DNA of 15,431 nucleotides from Piromyces finnis finn (lineage: Eukaryota > Fungi > Neocallimastigomycota). Shown one piece after another: positions 1 through 9,582 of the stretch. Made by a program: the position numbers and the translations under genes. The stretch covers positions 1-15,431 of the forward strand of contig MCFH01000215.1 in the NCBI GenBank assembly GCA_002104945.1, given 5' to 3'. The notes below the pieces were generated by a model. It made no database searches. It was not told where the DNA came from and worked only from the letters and a program-made list of their open reading frames with translations. The number at the start of each line of letters is the position of its first letter. Positions within the stretch are counted from its first letter, which is position 1.

Positions 1-515
1 TCGTGTTACTTTGCGAAACTATAGACACTTTTTCAAGAAAGCTGACGAATCAGTTCCGGGAATGAGAGGTTTATATTTAGGTTTTCACAATTCGTGTCAA
101 GCCTCACTTGAAAACTTCTCTGGAAAGTATATTATTTCTATTTATACTTTTAGTCTCTGGAATAGATTCAAATGCTCGATTGGAAATGTTTATATGCCTC
201 ATAGTCATCACAACATCTATGTTGATCATGCAAAGTTAGAAGTTCGCTTGTGGTTACAAACTCATTCATCCCATCCATCGATTCTTGTTGGTGATTTTAA
301 TATGTCTAAAGTAAAATTATCCAACTGGTTATCAACTAATGGATTAGGAGATTGGGAAATTCTTCCGCTTAGAGGGTCTACTATCTCTTGGACTCGAGGT
401 GATCAATCTTCCGACATTGACCATGCTCTTATCAATTCGAAGATGAAAGATCTTATTCACTCAGGATCATTTATAAATAATTTTTATCCTGTATCAGACC
501 ATAAGCCACTTCTTA
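1..515 (+). other. APE-type endonuclease domain (C-terminal part), copy A
   Basis: IGNVYMP, ILVGDFN, SWTRG...SDIDHALIN and VSDHKPL in ORF 11-904. Confidence 0.9.
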
Positions 516-3500
516 TTAATGGTAAAATTATTCCTATGGAAGATTTTTCTAATGACTTTAATGTTCCTAAGAAAATTCTGAAATGGAATAGATTAAAATG
601 TATTGAGGAAAAGGAATCTATTCTCAGTCATAATAAATTCCAAATACTTTCAGCAAAATTCAACGATCCTAATGTTTCTACAGATGAACTTTCCAAAGAG
701 TTTACTTCAACTGCTTTTTCAATTGCAGACGAGCTCAGTATTACTTCAGCAAATAATGTTATAAAGTCTTCATTTCATATTTCACAACAAATTTTTAATC
801 TTCAAAAAATCAAAATGAAGTTGTATAAGAGATTTAAAAAAGAAAGAATTTATGATATAGATGAATTTATTAAAAGAATTAAAATCTACCGTAAGCCTCA
901 TTGATTACATCCACAAAAGATGTAATGAATTTAGGAACAAGAATATCTTCATTGGATTAAAACAGGATGTGAGTATATGAAGAGTCATAATCCTAAGAAG
1001 GCCTGGAAATGGATCAAGAAAACTGCAAAAATTGGAAAAGATTCTTTCTTTATTGCTCAACCAATTAAAAATAAAAATGGAGAATTAGTTGTTGCTACGG
1101 AAGAACAACTGAAGTGTGGCATGATCATTTCGAAAATCTGCATCAGATCCAAGTGGTGTAAGTCTTGATTTGGAGCATTGGTATGAAGAACCAATGAATA
1201 AACGTTTTTCACTTCCTATGCTTGATGAGTGGGATATCAACCAAGATATTAGTATTGATGAAGTCAAGTCAGCTATCCTCTCTACTCCAAATTATAAAGC
1301 ATCAGGTCCGGATGGTATTCAATTGAATTTTACAAAGCATTAATTCCATCAAGTAATGATTCTAATAATGCTACAGGTAATAATTCTTCTGGTAATACTA
1401 CTTCAGATAATGATGCTCATGGTTTAAATTTTATTCTTAAATTATTTAACCGTATTTGGGATGGAGATTTCCCCAACTCATGGAATGAATCCAGTATTGT
1501 TTCTATTCCTAAGAAGGGAGATTTGACAGATTGTGATAACTATCGAGGTATATCACTTATCAATAATGGTATTAAGTTGATCTCCAAAATTGTCACCCAC
1601 TAGAATCTCAGAATATGGTCTAAAGAATAATTTCATTAGACCTGAACAATTTGGTTTTTCGAAAAAAGGAAGAAAGTATCAGTCTTTTCATTTCAATCCA
1701 GAAATATGCCGTAGACGTCAATTAGATAATAAAAGAGACATATTTGGCCTTTTTAGATCTCAGGAAAGCATACGATTCAGTCCCAATCCGGTAATATTCT
1801 CCATAAATTAGATTGTTTAGGAATCCGAGGTAAGAGTTTACAATTTATCAAAAATTTATATTTTAACATCTAAGGTAATGTCAAATTAGATGGACAATTC
1901 TCGAAATCTTTTTGATGTGAAGAAAGGAGTCCGTCAAGGTGCCCACTTTCGCCTATTCTTTTTAATCTCTTTATTAATGATATATTTAAAGAGTGTGAAG
2001 ATTCGGAGTCAGTTTAGGTGACACTCGATGCTGTGGTGGACTTTTTGCAGATGATATAGTTATTTGTGCTCCAACAAGAGGATGCTTTAAAAAAGATGCT
2101 TAGAAGAGTTAATGAATGGGCCTTGTATAATGAAATGGAATTGGTATCCAGAAATGTTCAACGATGGGTGATTCGTCCTGAATCAATAGAAAATAGAACA
2201 AGAGAGATCCAACATTTTACTTAGCAGGACAACCCATTCCAACTACTGACTGTACACTTATTTGGTGTTCCATTTGATAGAATCTTGTCCCTTAAACCAG
2301 TAATTAAAGCTCTAATAACAAGGTTTTGAAAGGACTTTTCTCAGTCAGTAAATTCTTTAAGAAATCCTAATATTCCTATTCCTTTCAAAAAACTAGTACT
2401 TAACTCTCAAGTGATTAGGCAGAGTTTCATACTTTGCACCATTACTTGGATCCAACAAAGCTAGGTCTAGGATTGCTCAGAAGCATGTTAACAAAGGAAT
2501 ACGATGGGTTGCCGGAGTTCATAAAGCTGTATCGTTTATATCTTTATACTCTATTTCAAAAGATTTGAATATCCTCCATTGTCAGCCAAATGTGCGTTAG
2601 CTCAGGTTAGATGTTTTAACAAATGGAAAAACTCAAATTGTATTATCTCACACCTTGTCAATTACATTCCTAAATTTAGAAAATACACGTGGTTGCAAAT
2701 CAAGTAGGACACTTGATAAAAAAAACAGAACATGGAGATGTTAAAGCAGTTAAAAACTTTTATTGGAAAGATCTCAAAGGAATTCAATCAAAGCGCAATA
2801 TTATGATGATAATAAATTTATTGAAACTAAAGATTTTATTAAATTATGTTATGAATACCCAGAGTTTGCCTATGGCTTCTACTGGCTATTGAAAGCAAGA
2901 AGCGGATACAGTTGGATGCTAGAGTTGCCAAAGCTGCAAATTTGTTGATCCAGTTTGTCCTAACTACTGTCCATGTTGCAAGTGTGGAGATCAAAGTATT
3001 AAACATTGGTTATTAGATTGTCCAACATTTAGAGATATCCGTATTAAACATTATGATTCCATAGTCCAGCTATTAAATTTTTTCAGTCAACGTAATTCCA
3101 ATAGTCCTATCAATAATAATGAAATTGATAATATCAGTAGAGATAGCAATAACAGTAATAGTTAATAGTAACAATAATAATAATAACAATAGTAATAATA
3201 ACAATAGTAGTAATAGTAATAATAGAAATAGTAATAATAACAATAGTAGTAATAGAAATAATAATATTAATATGATAGCAATAGTGAAGATAATAATTTC
3301 TAATTTAATAGTATTTAGTTAATGATAGTAATAGTTCTAATAATCCGGTGAATATTAATGTGTATGATTATTCTAGTGTGTGCAGTAAAATATTTAAATT
3401 CCTTCTTGGGGGAAGAAGTTTTAACAATATTAATTACAATTCAAGGGAATGGAAAGAACTTTGTAAGCGTCAGATTCAATCTGGTACTAATGAAGGAACA

Positions 3501-3664
3501 CCATTCTTGACGGTAACCGCGGAACTTCTAACCAAAATCATGCCTTTTGCTATTGGCCAGCAATGGTCAATGTTCAAAAGGTTTGAAGCAACATCCAAGA
3601 GCGTCCAATGCTTGAAGAAACAGTAAGACAGGCCAGGAGGGCCAGCGAACCAATGAGATCATAA
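1..3664 (+). CDS. LINE polyprotein (APE endonuclease-reverse transcriptase-CCHC), 5'-partial, interrupted by 1-bp indels; includes track ORFs 11-904, 977-1168, 1590-1811, 2689-2892, 2763-2948, 3119-3322, 3348-3626
   Basis: One continuous frame can be rebuilt by using copy B to correct the indels. The consensus ends ...ETVRQARRASEPMRS* (TAA 3662-3664); this stop is inferred from the two-copy consensus. Confidence 0.85.
1290..2290 (+). other. Non-LTR reverse transcriptase domain, copy A
   Basis: KASGPDG through YTYLGVPF, with GLFADDIV intact at about 2038-2061. Confidence 0.9.
3112..3345 (+). repeat. (AAT/AGT/AAC)n low-complexity tract encoding a poly-Asn/Ser segment, copy A
   Basis: Reads NNNNNNSNNNNSSNSNNRNSNNNNSSNRNNN, between the CCHC motif and the last ~100 aa. 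Confidence 0.9.
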
Positions 3665-3791
3665 TTTTGTCCATGACAAAAATTTTGATCTTGGCTCGGT
3701 GTCCCATTGGAAGTCAATACAATTATTATACTTAGTTGATATGCTTCTTACTTTAATTAAAATTATAGAATACATTATACCCATTTTTATT

Positions 3792-3919
3792 CATTTTTTT
3801 TTAAATATTTTTTTTTTTTTTTTTATTTTTTTTTTTTTATAAAGTAATAATTTAAAAAAATAATAAATTTAAAATAATATTAAAAAAAAAAAATAAAATA
3901 TGTTTAAATAAACACAAAT
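3792..3919. repeat. T-rich then A-rich low-complexity centre of the inverted repeat
   Basis: T-runs at 3793-3838 and A-runs at 3854-3900. The two halves resemble each other only loosely as reverse complements. Confidence 0.9.
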
Positions 3920-4053
3920 AATAAAAATGGGTATAATGTATTCTAGTAATTTTAATTAAAGTAAGAAAGCCACTATCATACTAAAGTATAATAATTGTAT
4001 TTGACTTCCAATGGGACACCGAGCCAAAGATCAAATTTTGTCATGGAACAAAA

Positions 4054-7000
4054 TTATGATCTCCATTGGTTGCGCTGGCCCTCCTGGCCTGTCTTACTGT
4101 TTCTTCAGCATTGACGCTCTTGGATGTTGCTTCAAACCTTTTGAACATTGACCATTGCTGGCCAATAGCAAAAGGCATGATTTTGGTTAGAAGTTCCGCG
4201 GTTACCGTCAAGAATGGTGTCCTTCATTAGTACCAGATTGAATCTGACGCTTACAAAGTTCTTTCCATTCCCTTGAATTGTAATTAATATTGTTAAAACT
4301 TTCTTCCCCAAGAAGGAATTTAAATATTTTACTGCACACACTAGAATAATCATACACATTAATATCACCGGATTATTAGAACTATTACTATCATTAACTA
4401 AATTACTATCTAAATTAGAATTATTATCTTCACTATTGCTATCATTATTAATATATTTATTTCTATTACTACTATTGTTATTATTACTATTTCTATTATT
4501 ACTATTACTACTATTGTTATTATTACTATTGTTATTTATTATTGTTACTATTACTATTACTGTTATTGCTATCTCTACTGAATTATCAATTTCATTATTA
4601 TTGATAGGACTATTGGAATTACGTTGACTGAAAAATTTAATAGCTGGACTATGGAATCATAATGTTTAATACGGATATCTCTAAATGTTGGACAATCTAA
4701 TAACCAATGTTTAATACTTTGATCTCCACACTTGCAACATGGACAGTAGTTAGGACAAACTGGATCAACAAATTTAGCAGCTTTGGCAACTCTAGCATCC
4801 AACTTATATCCGCTTCTTGCTTTCAATAGCCAGTAGAGCCATAGGCAAACTCTGGGTACTCATAACATAATTTAATAAAATCTTTAGTTTCAATAAATTT
4901 ATTATCATCATAATATTGCGCTTTGATTGAATTCCCTTTGAGATCTTTCCAATAAAAGTTTTTAACTGCTTTAACATCTCCATGCTTCTTTAGTTTTTTT
5001 CAAGTGTCCTACTTGATTTGCACCACGTGTATTTTCTAAATTTAGGAATGTAATTGACAAGGTGTGAGATAATACAATTTGAGTTTTTCCATTTGTTAAA
5101 ACATCTAACCTGAGCTAACGCACATTTGGCTGACAATGGAGGAATATTCAAATCTTTTGAATAGAGTATAAAGATATAAACGATACGGCTTTATGAACTC
5201 CGGCAACCCATCGTATTACTTTGTTAACATGCTTCTGAGCAATCCTAGACCTAGCTTTGTTGGATCCAAGTAATGGTGCAAAGTATGAAACTCTGCTAAT
5301 CACTTGAGAGTTAAGTACTAGTTTTTTGAAAGGAATAGGAATATTAGGATTTCTTAAGAATTTACTGACTGAGAAAAGTCCTTTCAAAACCTTGTTATTA
5401 AGACTTTAATTACTGGTTTAAGGGACAAATTCTTATCAAATGGAACACCAAGATAAGTATAACAATCAGTAGTTGGAATGGGTTGTCCTGCTAAGTAAAA
5501 TGTTGGATCTCTCTTGTTCTGATTTTCTATTGATTCAGGACGAATCACCATCGTTGAACATTTCTGGATACCAAATTCCATTTCATTATACAAGGCCCAT
5601 TCATTAACTCTTCTAAGCATCTTTTTAAGCATCCTCTTGTTGGAGCACAAATAACTATATCATCTGCAAAAGTCCACCACAGCATCGAGTGTCACCTTAA
5701 CTACTCCGAGATCTTCACACTCTTTAAATATATCATTAATAAAGAGATTAAAGAGAATAGGAGAAAGAGGGCAACCTTGACGGACTCCTTTCTTCACATC
5801 AAAAGATTTCGAGAATTGTCCATCTAATTTGACATTAGCCTTAGATGTTAAATATAAATTTTTGATAAATTGTAAACTCTTACCTCGGATTCCTAAACAA
5901 TCTAATTTATGGAGAATATTACCGATTGGGACTGAATCGTATGCTTTCCTGAGATCTAAAAAGGCCAAATATGTCTCTTTATTATCTAATTGACGTCTAC
6001 GGCATATTTCTTGGATTGAAATGAAAAGACTGATACTTTCTTCCTTTTTTCGAAAACCAAATTGTTCAGGTCTAATGAAATTATTCTTTAGACCATATTC
6101 TGAGATTCTAGTGGTGACAATTTTGGAGATCAACTTAATACCATTATTGATAAGTGATATACCTCGATAGTTATCACAATCTGTCAAATCTCCCTTCTTA
6201 GGAATAGAAACAATACTGGATTCATTCCATGAGTTGGGGAAATCTCCATCCCAAATACGGTTAAATAATTTAAGAATAAAATTTAAACCATGAGCGTCAT
6301 TATCTGAAGTAGTATTACCAGAAGAATTATTACCTGTAGCATTATTAGAATCATTACTTGATGGAATTAATGCTTTGTAAAATTCAATTGGAATACCATC
6401 TGGACCTGATGCTTTATAATTTGGAGTAGAGAGGATAGCTGACTTGACTTCATCAATACTAATATCTTGGTTGATATCCCACTCATCAAGCATAGGAAGT
6501 GAAAAACGTTTATTCATTGGTTCTTCATACCAATGCTCCAAATCAAGACTTACACCACTTGGGTCTGATGCAGATTTTCGAAATGATCATGCCACACTTC
6601 TAGTTGTTCTTCCGTAGCAACAACTAATTCTCCATTTTTATTTTTAATTGGTTGAGCAATAAAGAAAGAATCTTTTCCAATTTTTGCAGTTTTCTTGATC
6701 CATTTCCAGGCCTTCTTAGGATTATGACTCTTCATATACTCACATCCTGTTTTAATCCAATGAAGATATTCTTGCTTCCTAAATTCATTACATCTTTTGT
6801 GGATGTAATCAATGAGCTTACGGTAGATTTTAATTCTTTTAATAAATTCATCTATATCATAAATTCTTTCTTTTTTAAATCTCTTATACAACTTCATTTT
6901 GATTTTTTGAAGATTAAAAATTTGTTGTGAAATATGAAATGAAGACTTTATAACATTATTTGCTGAAGTAATACTGAGCTCGTCTGCAATTGAAAAAGCA

Positions 7001-8561
7001 GTTGAAGTAAACTCTTTGGAAAGTTCATCTGTTGAAACATTAGGATCGTTGAATTTTGCTGAAAGTATTTGGAATTTATTATGACTGAGAATAGATTCCT
7101 TTTCCTCAATACATTTTAATCTATTCCCATTTCAGAATTTTCTTAGGAACATTAAAGTCATTAGAAAAATCTTCCATAGGAATAATTTTACCATTAATAA
7201 GAAGTGGCTTATGGTCTGATACAGGATAAAAATTATTTATAAATGATCCTGAGTGAATAAGATCTTTCATCTTCGAATTGATAAGAGCATGGTCAATGTC
7301 GGAAGATTGATCACCTCGAGTCCAAGAGATAGTAGACCCTCTAAGCGGAAGAATTTCCCAATCTCCTAATCCATTAGTTGATAACCAGTTGGATAATTTT
7401 ACTTTAGACATATTAAAATCACCAACAAGAATCGATGGATGGGATGAATGAGTTTGTAACCACAAGCGAACTTCTAACTTTGCATGATCAACATAGATGT
7501 TGTGATGACTATGAGGCATATAAACATTTCCAATCGAGCATTTGAATCTATTCCAGAGACTAAAAGTATAAATAGAAATAATATACTTTCCAGAGAAGTT
7601 TTCAAGTGAGGCTTGACACGAATTGTGAAAACCTAAATATAAACCTCTCATTCCAGGAACTGATTCATCAGCTTTCTTGAAAAAGTGTCTATAGTTTCGC
7701 AAAGTAACACGACAAGGATAATCTGTATTCGATCCAGAACCATTACCAGTTTCTTGGAAACATAAAATAATGGTTTGAAAATAGCTGTGAAATAGCTAAT
7801 ACTATCTCTCTTTTCATGATTCCACCCATTAGTGTTCCAACTAAGACAAAAAGAAAAGTTATCAGGCTTGATGGATGAGGAAGAATCGTTGCTGTTATTA
7901 TTATTATCAAGGTCATCATTATTAATGGATGATGCATCAGAGGAATAAGTAGAACTATTACTAGATGGCTGTGAAACTGAAGAACTATCAACTATTGAAC
8001 TGTTAGCAGAGTTGATAGAGCTATTAGAATTAATTGTTGAATGTTGAGATTGAAATTGTGTTTGCTGTAGATCTGGAATATTTTCATGATGGAAACTTGT
8101 TGAAGATCTTGTTGAAGATCTTGTTGAAGATCGGATTGTTTGATGAGATTGTTGAACTGATTGTTGAATATTGTTGAATAGAATGTTGATGTTTATTAGA
8201 AACTAAAATTTTACGTTTGAGAGTGGAAAAAGTGTATTTGTGATTTCCTTCTACTACGAGCTGAAAAGGAAATTGAGGTAACTGAAAGTTCTTCTTTAAC
8301 ATGTGTAAGATTTTAATACAATCTTTTGATGAACCATGAACCTTGACTAAGAAAAGTGATCATTGAAAGTCTGAAAATATTTAACACTAATAACTGAATT
8401 AAATTTATCTTCTAGAATAACCTCGAGTTTTTCCCATAGCATATTTACTGACCATGATCGAATACCACGGATAAAGAAGGAGCGAATATCATCTAAGGGA
8501 TACCATAAGACCGGGTACCACGTCTGATATAATTCTTATCTTTAATATAAAGGACTGACAT
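4054..8561 (-). CDS. LINE polyprotein of ~1500 aa (RRM-like region, Ser/Asn linker, APE, RT, CCHC, Asn tract, C-terminal region), interrupted by 1-bp indels; includes track ORFs 8084-8302, 7121-7702, 6550-6897, 5660-6541, 5384-5650, 5148-5387, 4575-4826
   Basis: ATG at 8559-8561 (MSVLYIKDK...) and inferred TAA at 4054-4056. Continuity of the N-terminal region with the APE requires assuming single-base indels near ~8490, ~8350 and ~8165. Confidence 0.8.
4372..4602 (-). repeat. Poly-Asn/Ser coding microsatellite tract, copy B
   Basis: Reverse complement of 3112-3345. Confidence 0.9.
5420..6420 (-). other. Non-LTR reverse transcriptase domain, copy B
   Basis: ORF 5660-6541 carries ASGPDGIP, YRGISL, QFGFR, FLDLRKAYD and GVRQGCPLSP. 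FADD is frameshifted by a missing A in the run at 5668-5671. YTYLGV is in ORF 5384-5650. Confidence 0.92.
7195..7845 (-). other. APE-type endonuclease domain, copy B (complete)
   Basis: SWNTNGWN, CFQET (after correcting one indel), GDFN, IDH and SDH. Confidence 0.92.
8096..8132 (-). repeat. 12-bp tandem repeat x3 (CTTGTTGAAGAT) in the linker; encodes (RSST)3 in the frame leading to the APE
   Basis: Direct reading of 8096-8132. Confidence 0.9.
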
Positions 8562-8643
8562 GATAATAAATTCTAATTAAAAATATTGAATATAAATAAA
8601 TACTAATAAAAATTACAAATATAACGTATATGGAAAAAATCTG

Positions 8644-8655
8644 TCTCTCTCTCTC
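8644..8655. repeat. (TC)6 microsatellite ~85 bp upstream of the LINE ATG
   Basis: TCTCTCTCTCTC. Confidence 0.8.
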
Positions 8656-9204
8656 TTCTTAAAAGTACTGGATAGTACAAAAATTGTTACGATGCTTTGT
8701 TTAAAGTTTCTTTTTTTTTGAATTCTAGTTGTAAATTTTCTTTAAAAATTCTAGTTTTGGTTTGTGTTAGTAAATTCGATTCGGCTTTTTGACACTAAAA
8801 TTGTTTGACTTTACTTTTCATTAAATATTTAAATTGGTAAAAAAATTTGAATCAAGAATGTCGACACCAGAAAGCTTGTGAATAGTATTTTACATGATGT
8901 AGAGTGAATCAGTCTCTTACAAGAAACAATACAAACAATAGCTACATGAATATAAAGTACAATGCAAATGCTAAAGTTGACTACATTGGATTCTTACAAG
9001 AGAAGAGTAGTACTACATGAATACATGAATAAAAGAAAAAAATACAGCAACAAAATGTATTACTCTTCTAATTAAATACTATACAAACTTACCTGAAAAA
9101 TCAAACATTCACTTATTCATCAAATACTTAAATTTGATGAATAAAATGTTTTTAATCGCTCAGTACCATGAGCTTAGTCCTAATAATTTTCCCTTGAAGA
9201 CTAA

Positions 9205-9450
9205 CCAAGCATCCATTGCGCAATGCTTGGATTTAATTCTTTCTACTCTCTCAGTACCATGAGCATGAGTAGACCCCCTTGAGAAATTACATTTATTAAA
9301 TAAATGAAGGCACATTCCTAAGAGGGCACCAAGCATCCATTGCGCAATACTTGGATTTAATTCTTTCTACTCTCTCAGTACCATGAGCATGAGTAGACCC
9401 CCTTGAGAAACTACATTTATTAAATAAATGAAGGCACGTTCCCAAGAGGG
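9205..9450. repeat. 124-bp tandem duplication (units 9205-9328 and 9329-9450)
   Basis: Units differ by 4 transitions (9225/9349, 9287/9411, 9314/9438, 9319/9443) and no indels. Each starts with a hairpin-forming CCAAGCAT...CATTGCGCAAT...CTTGG. Confidence 0.95.
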
Positions 9451-9582
9451 GTCTGATTTTCTATTGATTCAGGACGAATCACCATCGTTGAACACTTCTG
9501 GATACCAAATTCCATTTCATTATACAAGGCCCATTCATTAACTCTTCTAAGCATCTTTTTTAAGCATCCTTTCCCAAGAGGG
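9315..9582. repeat. Three 12-bp direct repeats TTCCYAAGAGGG (9315-9326, 9439-9450, 9571-9582)
   Basis: Direct reading; spacings are 124 and 132 bp. Confidence 0.95.
9452..9570 (-). mobile_element. Isolated 119-bp internal fragment of the LINE RT region (just downstream of FADD)
   Basis: Matches 5518-5635 (and ~2078-2197 inverted). It encodes GCLKKMLRRVNEWALYNEMEFGIQKCSTMVIRPESIENQ with no frameshift and has one synonymous change (AAG vs AAA at 9494). Confidence 0.97.

Larger units (their letters stand above)
1..3791 (+). mobile_element. Non-LTR retrotransposon (LINE, APE-RT-CCHC), copy A; 5' part lies outside the window
   Basis: APE motifs GDFN (290-301), IDH and SDH (494-502). RT motifs ASGPDG, YRGISL, QFGF, FLDLRKAYD, GVRQGCPLSP, FADD (2044-2055) and YTYLG. 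CX2CX8HX4C at 2968-3021. Identity with copy B ends at 3791 (pairs with 3920). Confidence 0.95.
1..7712. repeat. Giant tail-to-tail inverted repeat (arms 1-3791 and 3920-7712, centre about 3856)
   Basis: Position 1 (TCGTGTTACT) pairs with 7712. TACATTATACCCATTTTTATT (3771-3791) pairs with 3920-3940. The proteins of ORFs 11-904 and 7121-7702 are identical until an indel. Confidence 0.98.
3920..8650 (-). mobile_element. Non-LTR retrotransposon (LINE), copy B; apparently complete coding region, 5' end uncertain (could extend to ~9450-9582)
   Basis: Same domains as copy A on the minus strand, plus the APE N-terminal motifs SWNTNG (~7822-7839) and CFQET (~7750-7764) and upstream coding sequence to an ATG at 8561. 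Confidence 0.93.

Noticed and set aside
1085-1267. Minus-strand 60-aa ORF (and plus-strand 6652-6930)
   Set aside because: Antisense shadows of the LINE coding strand.
4436-4627. Poly-Leu ORF resembling a signal or transmembrane peptide
   Set aside because: It is the antisense reading of the (AAT/AGT)n Asn/Ser tract.
1-7712. Simple fold-back (template/complement) read chimera as the explanation of the inverted repeat
   Set aside because: At least 13 synonymous versus 1 nonsynonymous difference is not a random error pattern. It is disfavoured, but a mis-join of two paralogous loci is not excluded.
7743-7991. 82-aa minus-strand ORF as a separate ORF1
   Set aside because: It is an alternative frame overlapping the Ser/Asn linker and APE start. 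The SWNTNG motif lies in another frame.
1-8561. Penelope-like or DIRS identity suggested by the inverted structure
   Set aside because: The element has an APE endonuclease and a LINE-type RT. No GIY-YIG, tyrosine recombinase or RNase H motifs were seen.
9315-9582. CRISPR array
   Set aside because: Only three 12-bp repeats with 112-120-bp spacers, two segments nearly identical, eukaryotic context and no cas genes. Kept only as an analogy in the findings.
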